DNA from: Monocercomonoides exilis PA203
Taxonomy: Eukaryota; Protista; Preaxostyla
Direction of reading: 5' to 3'
Assembly: GCA_001643675.2 (NCBI GenBank)
Contig: LSRY02000049.1
Coordinates: forward strand, 186,001 to 250,000
DNA: 64,000 nucleotides
The position numbers and the translations under genes are program-made. Below the pieces are notes generated by a model. The model saw nothing but the letters and a program-made list of their open reading frames with translations. It searched no databases and was not told the origin of the DNA. Positions 39,550 through 50,393 of the stretch are shown one piece after another. How positions within the stretch are numbered: the stretch's first letter is position 1; each line of letters starts with the position of its first letter.

Positions 39550-40090
39550 GGAAAAATTCGGACTTTTAAGCACTTTTGCAAAAGACATAAAAATGTTTTG
39601 TTTTTCTCACATATTTTATGTAACTTTTTCATTTTTGAAGTTCAAATGAATTTTTTTTCCGTGAGCATACATTAAGGATATTATTCTGTAATGTTTTGTA
39701 GCATTGAATAAATTCAAAAAAATTATCCTTTTTTTAAAAATTTTATGATTACACACACAGTTAATTAATGGGACAATTATATTCTATCATAAAGTTTGAA
39801 GTTTCACATTCTATTCCAAATGAAGGAAAATACGGACTTTCAAGCTTTTTTTGCACAAAGCATTAAAAAATTGTTTCATTTATAACATTTTTAAACTTTA
39901 TCAGATTTCAAGTAAATTAGATTATTAAATCTTAAAGCAAACATCATTGGCATAATAACATTATGTTTTGTGACCTCACATGTATTTCAAAAGATGAACC
40001 CATTATTTTAAAATTTTTTGATCACAAAAAGATCATCTTTGGTGCATAATTTTTCAATGAAAATGCCTGAAGCCATATATATTGTCCCAA
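39550..40090. repeat. Degenerate ~273-bp tandem duplication in a 2.4-kb AT-rich intergenic region
   Basis: aaattcggacttttaagcacttttgca (~39554) vs aaatacggactttcaagctttttttgca (~39828). Also atgttttgt...aaaattttatgattac...ccaaatg (~39691) vs atgttttgt...aaaattttttgatcac...ccaaatg (~39963). Offset is a constant 272-274. Confidence 0.55.
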
Positions 40091-40845
40091 ATGTTGAATG
40101 AACAATTTCATTATTTTGAGTTCAATGTGAAGTTCTCATCATCTGAGGATAATTAAAACTTTTGAATTCAAATTAATATGTGCGTCTCTTTTTTTTGAAA
40201 ATTTCATGTGAAATTTTCTAACAAAAAATTTTGTAATCAAATATCTTTTCCCACTCTCGAAATTTCTTAAAAGAAAAAATAATAAAAAACAAATAACTTT
40301 GATATGCATTAAATGCAAATATCTTGAAATTGAATAAGTTGAAAATAAAACAAAATGAAAATTTCTTATTGTTATTCCGACGAAAATAGTTTCAAATATG
40401 ACTCTTCGAGGAAAATATTTCACGTTATGTTATTTTCATTTCTCCTTTGTTTTTTCTTTTCTTTTCTTTTATTTCATTTTTAACATTTTTATAAAACTAT
40501 TATTTTTTTATTTTGCGAAAAAATCTTTTCGAAATTTCCGTTTTATTATAAATTTCATAAACTACAAAATAAAACGAAATAAACAGAGTGATTATCAAAT
40601 TAACAAATCGTATTATAATTATTATTGGTGGGGCAAATACTGAATGATTTCAAGTTTTGTGTTGATTCGATGAAATATTCTTCTCAAAAGAGATCTTTCC
40701 ATTGCTTTAGAATAAAAATCATTAATTGACAAAATGCATATAAACTGGGCAATAATATAAATAAAAACGATAAATGAAATATAAATTGACAGTTCGTTTT
40801 TTCCTATATCCATATTAATTATTATATAGTGAAAGATCAATAAAA

Positions 40846-42841
40846 ATGGATCCTCTTTGGCTGGCTTTATCTTACCTTCAAAGAAGAAAATTCGATCAAT
40901 GTTTAAAATTATGTGTACAGATGCTTACTAAGAACCCACTGGACCAGGTGAATTTAATTTAGTTGTTATTATTTGAATTTTTGAAACGGCTTCTTCTTTT
41001 TGTTTAATAAAGGCCGCATGGTTTTTGAAAGTTCGTTGCTTAACTGAAAAGAATTACATTGATGACACAGAACTTGAAGAACAAGCGATTGGAGATATCC
41101 TTATGGATAGTAATGCAACCGCAGACAATCCAAGGTTTTATTCATATCCATTTTTCTATTTAAAATATGTTTTTTTTCGTATTTTTTTGTACGATGAATT
41201 TAGACCCGGAACATCACTATCAAAGCCAAAGACTGCACGCCCAGGAACTTCTTCATTTGGTGGAGCACGTCCAATGTCATCAACTGGACGTCCAATAACT
41301 GGATTTGCTCGTCCAGGTACTCAATCAATTCGCCCAACCACTGGGGCAACTTCAGTTGGTTCGTTACAGCGAATTTTAACAGCATCTCGAGGATCAACTG
41401 CTCGTCCAACAACGGCTCAAGGACGGTTTGAATACTTTGTGAAAGATTTATACACATAAAATTATTTCCATATCAAAATTTCAATTGCAACATCTTTCAA
41501 TTATTTTTAATATTTTTATATAGTCTTGTTCGTCTTGCAACAGCCTCCATTCAATCGCTTCCCCCAGATGCAAATATTGATGTTTCTCGTCTTGATTTAA
41601 AGAAATATAGTCGACGTCCAGCTTTAGCAAAGGCTCTTTGCGATTATCTGCTATTTGTTGATCAAAATCCTCGTCAGGCTTTGTCTTTATGCTCGATGGT
41701 ATTAGAAGATGAGGATTCAGCTCGAGATGGTAGCATTGGAAGTGGAAACGCTTCAGCTTCAAGTGCTAGTTCATCTTCTGTTGATTCTGAACGAGAACGA
41801 ATGTTGGAAGCAAAAAGAGATGTACAAAAGGATTGGTGGTGGTGGGAGCGAATGGGGAAAAGCTTCTATCGAATGGGGCTTTTACGAGAAGCCGAGCAGC
41901 GCCTCAAAACGTCTTTACAGAAACAGGAAATGCTGCTTCCTTATTTAGAACTGGGGAAAGTTTATATTCGATTGGATGACCCAAAATCTGCTCTTGATGT
42001 TTATGAATGTGGTGAAAATGTCTGCCCATCCAATCCAATGTTGATATGCGCCTCTGCTCGTATCTATGACGAAATGGGCGATTCTGATAAGGCGAAGGAC
42101 AAATATTGCGAAGTGCTCGCAGTGGATGCATCAAATGTTGAAGCCATTGCATCTTTGGGAGCCTTCTATTTCTATGATGGGAAGCCCGAATTGGCTATGC
42201 GTTTTTACAAGCGGCTGCTTCATCTGTCAACCACAGCTGCAACTGATGGAGATGCGAATGCTGACGATGAAGATGAACTGCCGAACTATGGTTCATCAAC
42301 TTCTACTGAGGACCACAACCTGAAGAAAGGCGCTGTCTCCTCTCCATCAATTGCACTGGCTGCATCGTGTGAAATGTGGAACAACATTGCCCTGTGCTGC
42401 ATGGAAACTGGGCAGATCGATCTTGTTTTGCCAAACTTCAGCCGAGCTCTGCAACACGCAACAGAGTCTGCGCAGACAAGCGATATATGGCACAACATCG
42501 CATTGTTCTACGTGAAAATGGGAGATTTGACACTCGCATACCAAGCATTCCGAATCTCAGCTGCTGCAAATCCAGACAATGCCGAGTCTTTGAATGCATT
42601 GGGAGTGCTGGATATGCGTCGTGGTAATCTGGATTCAGCGAAAGTATTCCTGGCTTCAGCAAGAGAAAAGCAGCCGTTTATGCACGAACCGTGCTTCAAC
42701 GGTGCACTGCTTGCTAGAAGGATGGGGGATATTGAAGAAGCGAGTAAACTGATCAAAAAAGCGAAAGAGCTTTCAGGCGGAGCAATCTCAGATATTGATG
42801 AAATCCAGGCAGAAATCGATAAAGAACTGATGTGCATTTGA
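40846..42841 (+). CDS. BBS8: BBSome subunit BBS8/TTC8 (TPR protein); exons 40846-40947, 41013-41134, 41204-41425, 41524-42841
   Basis: MDPLWLALSYLQRRKFDQCLKLCVQMLTKNPLDQAAWFLKVRCLTEKNYIDD, RPGTSL, RPMSSTGRPITGFARPGT, GRLVRLATAS, DWWWWERMGKSFYRMGL and successive TPRs match TTC8 hallmarks. Introns are phase compatible. Confidence 0.95.
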
Positions 42842-43191
42842 AACATTTCACAGAATTTCTCCATAACCTTCTTTTTTAACAATTTTATCTGAATTAACTT
42901 TCATTTAATATTTGTACTATCATTTAGATAAATTTTTGACTCCTTCAATTTTCACTTTCTGTTTAAAAGTATTTTTCATTTTTCACCTCGTCTTCTAATT
43001 CTTCAGCACTTCATAAGATAAATGTGAACATTATGAAATATATCAACATTTTTTTCAACATTTATAAAGAAAAACAAAGTTATAAAACGCAATTTGGAAA
43101 TGAAAGAGATACAAAAGTAATTTTAAAAAAATTGCCTTAAACAATTTTTCGCTTTGAATAAAAAACATTAAAACAAGAAGAATTGAATCAA

Positions 43192-44888
43192 TCACTCTCT
43201 TTTTGAAGAGTGCTTTGTGCTATTTTGTTGCTTATCTTTCTTGCTTGATTCTCCTTGTTTACTTCTTTTGCCTGCTAATTTCTCAATTTCGATGTTGATT
43301 TTATCTCCGAACTGCTGTAAAGAGAAAAGAGTCTTTGCTCTTTCGATTCCTCTTTCTCCCATTTCTAACAGTTCGTTCGGATCCTTTGCTGCTAAAGCAA
43401 CCATCCATCCTGCAAACTCCTGAGGATTTGACTGGCATAAATATCCTGTCTTCCCGTTATCAATCGATTCTTTGGGGCCTCCAGAATCAACAGCAATGAC
43501 AGGCAAGCCAAACGACATTGCTTCAACTCTGAAAAAAATAAAATATTCAATAAAACATACAAACCAAACGTAAGACAAAAAAAGTTGAAATCGTTAGGGA
43601 CCGAAAGAAACATTTAAAATTTTACACTTGAAGAAAAAATAATACAAACGGAACAATCCCGAAATGCTCATTGGTTGGAGTGTAAAGAAGGCACCCTGCA
43701 TTTCCCAACAGCTCCTCTTTTTGCTCGTTGCTGAAAGAAGTCAAAAACAACACGCGACCTTCGGCCTCAAGTTGTGCAGCTTCTTTTTTGAGTGCCTTCA
43801 AACAGGCTGCATTGTCAACGTTTTTGGGGTCGTAACCTCCAGCAAGAATCAGAATTGACCTGCGGTGGAATCCTGGTGCCATAAACTCGCCCGCCTTGTA
43901 AGCATCAAGTGCAAGCTTGATGTTCTTTTTGGTCTCAAAACGGTTGATGGATAGAAATACAAATGGTGGCTGACTATCCATCATATCTTCATTTTTGGTT
44001 GATGAGGAAGAGGATGATGCAGAGGGGGAGCTAGAAGCACCAAGAATGGCATTTTTAATATTCTCTGGTAGAGCTGTAATCTTTCCTTTCCTCCTATCTT
44101 TTAAGAAGTTTTGGCCTGAAGACGTATTTACTGGAGGATATAAAACCAATGGACTTGAAGTGAATGCAGGAAACGCTTCTTTGAATCGAGATTGAGTAAA
44201 ACAACTGTTCACTGCCACTCCATCAGCCATGTTCATTGTCCAAACTTCCAAATGATCTATCACATATCTATAAGCTTTTTTAAGAATATTATTGCTTGGT
44301 TTGCTTTGAAGGCTATCTGGAAAGTGACAGTAGAAGAAGATCTATAAATTTTCAACAAAAAATTGTGAATTTATTCTCAAAAAACACATCAAAAAATACC
44401 GGTTTTCGAAGTAATTTTAATATTGGAATGCAGATGGACACTTGATCACATATTATCACATCAATTTTTTGTCGTGTGAACAGCGTCTCAATACAAAGAA
44501 GCAACGAAACATAAATCATCCTAAAAATGCTAAGAAATGCATGAAATTTTCCGAAAATGGTCTTTGGAATCCAATGTCCTCTTCTTTTCACATTGATTGT
44601 TCCTTGAACATCAGGTTTATTTTTGAAAATATGAGTAAAAATATAAAAATGAAAAGAAACCATCTATTGTCTCAGCAAAGCAATTATTCCGATTATGATA
44701 ACCCACATAAAAAGTGCATCGATGCTTATGACGTTGAAGTCCAAGCGCTATGTCCAGCATTAATCTTTCGGCTCCTCCTGAAATATTTCATTTCTGTTAT
44801 TTTTTGACAAGTAAAGAAACTCTTGTTGCAAACCTATTATCATTTCTGGATGCACAAGCACCACATTTAAAGATGACTTATCAGACAT
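43192..44888 (-). CDS. ALG2: Alpha-1,3/1,6-mannosyltransferase ALG2 (GT4), 5 exons
   Basis: Spliced product VVLVHPEMIIGGAERLMLDIALGLQ, CFAETIDGT, ICDQVSICIP, IFFYCHFPD, VAVNSCFT, FLSINRFETKKNIKLAL, LLYTPTNEHFGIVPVEAM, VDSGGPKESI: the ALG2 signature series. Confidence 0.95.
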
Positions 44889-45223
44889 ACTCCAATTAAA
44901 CTTATTAAATCTTCGAGATGAAAAACAAAAGAAAAAAAAAAATAATATGTCTCAAAAAATGTTTTCGAATGATGAATTTGTTCACTTTTTAATTTAAAGG
45001 TATATATTTATATAAAAAAATTTGTTGTCCCTAAATGATAATTTTTCAGAATGTTCTGTTAAAAGACTTTGTGTAAAGATTACAATGAAGAATGTCGAAG
45101 AAAACATGATAAAAGTTTGTGCAAATGCATTAAATTATTGATATATCTATTTTGAAAATAATATAAATTGTGATAAATTGAATAATTTTTATATTTTATG
45201 AGAATTGCTTCGAAAATAATGAA

Positions 45224-47386
45224 ATGTCGCACTTTGAAGAATCACACGAACCTTCAAGATTTCCACATTCTTCGTTATGCTATACGTCGCAACCATCATA
45301 TTTCATTTTTTCGAAAACAAATCATTTTCCAGAAACGACTTCATTAAGTCAATATCCTTTAACTTCAAATAAAAAACAAGTTTCAACATATGAGGCAACT
45401 TGCGCATCATCACTTCCGTTTACACTCAAGGATTTCGAAGCTCAAAAACGAAAAAGTACTGAACAATCAACGAATTATCGGTCTGTTGCGACCGAATTAG
45501 AAAAGATTTCCGTACAAGCTTCACGCAATTGTGATTCACAATCTTGTAATCAATGCTTAGTTCGAGAATTATCAGAAACTACATCACCAACAACGCAAAT
45601 GAAGAAACACTCATTTTGCAAAACAAATCATGCTTCATTGAACATGACGAATGATCAAGTATTAAAGTATGATCCACAACATGACAATCAACAAATAGAA
45701 AAAGAAGATGCCGAAATAAGATCTTCTTTCCCAATTAAAGAACAACAGTCTTCTTTATCAGTTATCGATCAGGTCAAACATTCTCAATTACTTAGCTTTG
45801 CTTCGACAATTCCTCTTGCTCTTTCAAAAACAACATTTGAGTTCTATTCAGAAATGTGCAATGAGTTCAAAAAAAGTCAAGCAAGGATTGTGGAATCAAA
45901 AACGAAAAACATAAATCCAATTGAAATAACTGTAGACAGTGTTGAAGCAGTAGATTCAGTTACAAGATCACAAGGTCGCTGTTCTCCTTCACTTTCATCT
46001 TTGTCCGAGAATTCAATTGATCAACTACTTGAAGAAAACATCACACACTGGAAGCCTCAACCAGAGACACAAGCGGCTATGTGCTATGACTTTGACTTCA
46101 AGGTTGATGGAGTGAGCCAATCTTCAGTGGCGATGCACCGCAAAAGTGAGATGATCGAGCGTTGGAAAAGTGCAGACGCCGAGTTCATCAAAGAATATAC
46201 TCCAACATTGTCATCATCTATGTTCGTGAGAGGAAATTTGGAAGGCGTTGATCTTGATGAGGAGTCCAGGCGGTTGAGAAAGGAGATTGTTAAGCGGCAG
46301 ATTAAAGAAGCCAAACAACACAAGAAGCTATTTGGAGAGTGGGTGAGAAAGCAATGGATTCAGGACGAGAGCGAAAGGAGAATGTGGCAAGAAGCAGAAA
46401 AGAAGATGAGAATCAAAATAGAAAGAACTGAACAGGAAATAACAGAAGGGAAAGTGGAGAAGACACTTGAGGAGTTAATAAGCGAGCTCAAGGAAGCTGA
46501 ATGCGTTGGGGCTACAGAAGAAATCCTGCAAAATCTGAAATCAGAAATTAAGAAGAGAGAACAGAAACTTTACAAGAAAATACAAAAAGATGAATTAACC
46601 TTTTTTCAGAGGGATTGGATTTGGGCTGCAAGGCATAACAGACGAGATATTTCCTCAGGAGAAATGAAAAAGATACTAAGAAATGAAGAAGATTCCGCAT
46701 GTACTGTTGGCTTCACCAACAATGAATGCAGTTCATCATTTGAATTATCGAAAAATAGTGAGAAAACATTATCTTCCGTTGAACCAGAATCTGTTTTTGA
46801 TCCTAATTTACAAACACCTTGTAATAAAATTTCTTCAGTTGGGAGCACATTTACTACTGCAATGCATTTCTCAAAACAACCAAATAATAAGATCCTTAAA
46901 GCACAAGCTTCTAACCTATCTTTTAAAATACCTTCGTCTGAACAAAGAGTTTCTTCTGCAAATTCAGAGATTTTAGCAAAGCTTCATTTTCTCCAAAGCG
47001 AAAAAATTCATGTTTCCGATTTTGAAGAGTTGCTCAGCCCATACTCTGTGTTAAATGATTGCATAGAAGAAGAAGAAATACCAACAACAGAGGAAGTGGT
47101 CTTGCTTGATCGTGATGAGTGGTTCGATCGGTTTAGCGATCCTTTTCTCAATCCAAAGATAAAGAGAAGAATGAAAAGAAGAGGAGAAGATGTTCAGGCC
47201 TTTGTTGAACAAGAATCGCAGGTTAGAATCGAAATTATTTCGAACCCTCCAATCATTGTTCCATTGAGATTATTAAGTGAACTGGCCAATCATTTAAGTT
47301 CTTTAAAGAAAGCTTTGCACCCTAAACCTCGCCAAAAACAATTTTATTTTCACAAATCAAAATATTCAAGAACCCTATTTTTTTAA
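45224..47386 (+). CDS. Unassigned six-member family, member 4, 720 aa
   Basis: SSLPF; LLEENITHWKPQP; MIERWKSADAE; KRQIKEAKQHKKLFGEWVRKQWIQDESERRMWQEAE...KTLEELISELKEA. Confidence 0.87.
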   Translation: MSHFEESHEPSRFPHSSLCYTSQPSYFIFSKTNHFPETTSLSQYPLTSNKKQVSTYEATCASSLPFTLKDFEAQKRKSTEQSTNYRSVATELEKISVQASRNCDSQSCNQCLVRELSETTSPTTQMKKHSFCKTNHASLNMTNDQVLKYDPQHDNQQIEKEDAEIRSSFPIKEQQSSLSVIDQVKHSQLLSFASTIPLALSKTTFEFYSEMCNEFKKSQARIVESKTKNINPIEITVDSVEAVDSVTRSQGRCSPSLSSLSENSIDQLLEENITHWKPQPETQAAMCYDFDFKVDGVSQSSVAMHRKSEMIERWKSADAEFIKEYTPTLSSSMFVRGNLEGVDLDEESRRLRKEIVKRQIKEAKQHKKLFGEWVRKQWIQDESERRMWQEAEKKMRIKIERTEQEITEGKVEKTLEELISELKEAECVGATEEILQNLKSEIKKREQKLYKKIQKDELTFFQRDWIWAARHNRRDISSGEMKKILRNEEDSACTVGFTNNECSSSFELSKNSEKTLSSVEPESVFDPNLQTPCNKISSVGSTFTTAMHFSKQPNNKILKAQASNLSFKIPSSEQRVSSANSEILAKLHFLQSEKIHVSDFEELLSPYSVLNDCIEEEEIPTTEEVVLLDRDEWFDRFSDPFLNPKIKRRMKRRGEDVQAFVEQESQVRIEIISNPPIIVPLRLLSELANHLSSLKKALHPKPRQKQFYFHKSKYSRTLFF

Positions 47387-47869
47387 CAGTTATCACAATA
47401 CGACAAGCAAAGAATTTTTCACATTGAGTATGTAGAATAACATTTTATCTGTTGGTAAATGAAGGGTTTCTTCTTCTTCTTTTTTTGAAAGGTAATTTTA
47501 CTATCAACATTTATTGTTCAGTCATCCAAACAAAGTTAATTTTCAAAAAAAAAAAAAAAATGAAAATTTCAATTTAAAATGAATTCAAAACCAATTTTTT
47601 CATTTCAAGCAATTTTGATTAATCAAAGTATAATAATTTTTCTAATCCATATGAATTACTAAGAAAAAGCGTTGGAATTGATTTGATGAACAGTACAAAT
47701 TGCATTGTATGCACCTTTTGTTGTTAAAAGCAATGTGCAAGCTTATTTTTTTAATTCAACTTCTAAAATTAAATTTGAATGAAATTAATTTTCTTCTTTT
47801 TATTGAATTATATTTCAATAAAAGCACCCTCAAGATGCTTATTCAATCGAACAAATTAGCAATGAAAGC

Positions 47870-50308
47870 ATGAGAATATTAACTGATCCTTCTATTTTGA
47901 TGCAGCAACGCTTATCCCAAACAGGATTCAAGAATAAATTAGATAAACACCGCAAAGAGCAAACTGTTGCATCAAAACCTATTATTCACCATCAAGCAAC
48001 TCAGCGTCGTCCAACTATTACAACTGCCAAAAATTCAACGTTATCACGCTTTCCCTTTTCATCAACCTATATCTCTTCAGGATATGTTCAAAACACAGAA
48101 ATGACAGTTTCAGCAGTATCTTCTTTACCATTTAGCTTTCAATCTTCTGTTGGACAACAAGATGTAACAACCTTACATGAAAAAATTGCTGAAGAACCTT
48201 CCTTGTCTCATTCCGAGAAAAACTGCGAATTATCCGAAGCATCAGGTTTACCTGTGATTCAGGAGACTCCAACAAGTTTTAATACAAATACTGATCAAGC
48301 AACAGAAGACCAGGAGGCCATACAACCATTAATCTATCAAGCAAACGAAAAAGAAAGAATAGAAACAAAAGAATTTGATAAACAAAAGAAAAATGCTGAA
48401 TTGGAAAATAAAAGTCAATTTGATAAAGACATCAACATAAAAGAAGAAGAAAGATACACTTCACTTCACCTCATCTCGGATATTGGGAAAGAGTATTTAA
48501 GACTTGTTAACGAAGCAAATCAAAAACAAAGACAAGGATCACCAATTACGAATCAACAGGAAAATTACGAGGAACTTTTGAAATCATTAAAAATTACAGA
48601 CACAACAGCTGCCAATTCTTTGACAATCTCACTACCTTCTGGGTCCACCTCGGAATCATCGTCGTTGCTTAACTCACAAAACTTATCTTTTGCTCGCAAA
48701 GAAACATCGAAATCTCCTCCTTCTCCGTTATTATCCCTTTCTTCACTTTCTCAACCATCATCTCCATCAACAACTTCGTGTGAGCTTGATGCGCAACTTG
48801 AGGAGAACATCACGCGCTGGCAGCCACAGCCAAGGCACAAGGTTGCGTTGAGTCGTGATGTGGACTTTGAAGTGGAAGGAAGGCATCAGTCAGCTATTCT
48901 GACATCTTCGAAGAAGCACATGATAAAGCAGTGGGAAGAACAGGACGCAGAGTTTGCTCAACAGACACAGGAATACTCCTCTTTGGCTGAGGTCAATAGA
49001 ACGAAGCAGGAAAAAGGCACAAGAAGTGATTTTGATATTAAGGAGAAGATTAGGAAAAAGAAGAGATCACTTATTAAAAGACAGATCAAAGATGCGAGAA
49101 TGTTTATGAAAGTGTATGGAGTTTGGGTGAGGAAGGAGTGGATTTCAGATCAAGAAGAGAAAGAGATGTGGAATGAAGCAGAGAAAAAGATACACATCAA
49201 ACAAGAGGCAATTGAAAACGAGGACATTTTACATGGAAAAGAGCATGAGACTTTGGAAGAAATGAAAAACAAGCTCCGCGATGCTGATATTAATGCAATG
49301 AAAAATGAAGAAAAAGAAGCTCTCGAAGCAGCAATTTTGAAGAGAGAACGGAAATTACAGGAAAAAAAGCTGAAATCTGAGCAAACAGATTTGCAACGAT
49401 TTCTGAAAACACTACCAAAAAACGAGGATTCAGACCTTGTTCCAAAGAATCATTCAAACCCATCTGCTTTTCAAGTAACTGAAATATCTGCATCTTCGCC
49501 TTTAACAGCGAAATTTGAAAAACCTGCTCCGTTAATGGTCGAACAGCAAGACGGCGACCTGACCCCAACGCAACCGTCTCTCGTAGTCACGCCAGTCTCA
49601 AACGACCAAGCAGAGTCTCGCTCGCTTTCGAAACACCACTCAAAATATCAAATATCACATAAATTTTTAAACGGCTCACTTGTGTCATCTCCTTCGTCTC
49701 ATCGTGGCTCTTCTCTGCATTCACATGTTAGCGACCGTTCTTCAACAATATCTACGCAATCTGCACACTCACTTAGTTCTTCTCAAACCTGTTTGTCATC
49801 TTCTGCTGGTAACTCCTCTTTAAGCTCTCAATTAAATAAATTATCCTCAAAATCAGAGAGACACTCATTTTATTCTTCTTCATTTGTGTTAATACAACAA
49901 AAGGATCATTTTTTGCTTTCTTATTCAAAATGGTCTTTGCTGCATGGGGATCATTTTGACTTTGATGATACAGTTCAACATCTGGTCGAAACAGTTCCTT
50001 ATTTTGTTGTTCTTCGGAATTCTGGTTCATCAACCGATATTCATTTTGCGAAAAATGTGGTAATAGATCAAAATGAAATTCTTCCACGGTATTATGACCA
50101 TTTGCTTAACTATAGAAAAATTAAGAGAATGAGAAAAAAAGGATGCGATGTTCCTTCGACTCCTTTGGAGCTAAGCATTCATTTTGATATTCAACCTGAT
50201 CAGGCTATTGTACAACCAATTTTTGCCGGAATCCGTCCTTTAAAAGCAAACAAACGATTAAAGATTCGTACGCTCCTTTCGGCCATGCGCATAATGATTC
50301 TTAATTGA
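47870..50308 (+). CDS. Unassigned six-member family, member 5, 812 aa
   Basis: SSLPF; QLEENITRWQPQP; MIKQWEEQDAE; KRQIKDARMFMKVYGVWVRKEWISDQEEKEMWNEAE...ETLEEMKNKLRDA. Confidence 0.87.
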   Translation: MRILTDPSILMQQRLSQTGFKNKLDKHRKEQTVASKPIIHHQATQRRPTITTAKNSTLSRFPFSSTYISSGYVQNTEMTVSAVSSLPFSFQSSVGQQDVTTLHEKIAEEPSLSHSEKNCELSEASGLPVIQETPTSFNTNTDQATEDQEAIQPLIYQANEKERIETKEFDKQKKNAELENKSQFDKDINIKEEERYTSLHLISDIGKEYLRLVNEANQKQRQGSPITNQQENYEELLKSLKITDTTAANSLTISLPSGSTSESSSLLNSQNLSFARKETSKSPPSPLLSLSSLSQPSSPSTTSCELDAQLEENITRWQPQPRHKVALSRDVDFEVEGRHQSAILTSSKKHMIKQWEEQDAEFAQQTQEYSSLAEVNRTKQEKGTRSDFDIKEKIRKKKRSLIKRQIKDARMFMKVYGVWVRKEWISDQEEKEMWNEAEKKIHIKQEAIENEDILHGKEHETLEEMKNKLRDADINAMKNEEKEALEAAILKRERKLQEKKLKSEQTDLQRFLKTLPKNEDSDLVPKNHSNPSAFQVTEISASSPLTAKFEKPAPLMVEQQDGDLTPTQPSLVVTPVSNDQAESRSLSKHHSKYQISHKFLNGSLVSSPSSHRGSSLHSHVSDRSSTISTQSAHSLSSSQTCLSSSAGNSSLSSQLNKLSSKSERHSFYSSSFVLIQQKDHFLLSYSKWSLLHGDHFDFDDTVQHLVETVPYFVVLRNSGSSTDIHFAKNVVIDQNEILPRYYDHLLNYRKIKRMRKKGCDVPSTPLELSIHFDIQPDQAIVQPIFAGIRPLKANKRLKIRTLLSAMRIMILN

Positions 50309-50393
50309 TCCCATATTAAATATAGTTTTAATTTTATTTTTTGTATTGTGAATGTCTGACTTGTTTTCCAGAGACAATGCATCAAAGTAATGT

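Noticed and set aside
41135-41203. Hydrophobic insert FYSYPFFYLKYVFFRIFLYDEF in the BBS8 ORF, suggesting a TM segment
   Set aside because: It is a 69-nt stop-free GT-AG intron; removing it restores the conserved NPRPGTSL.
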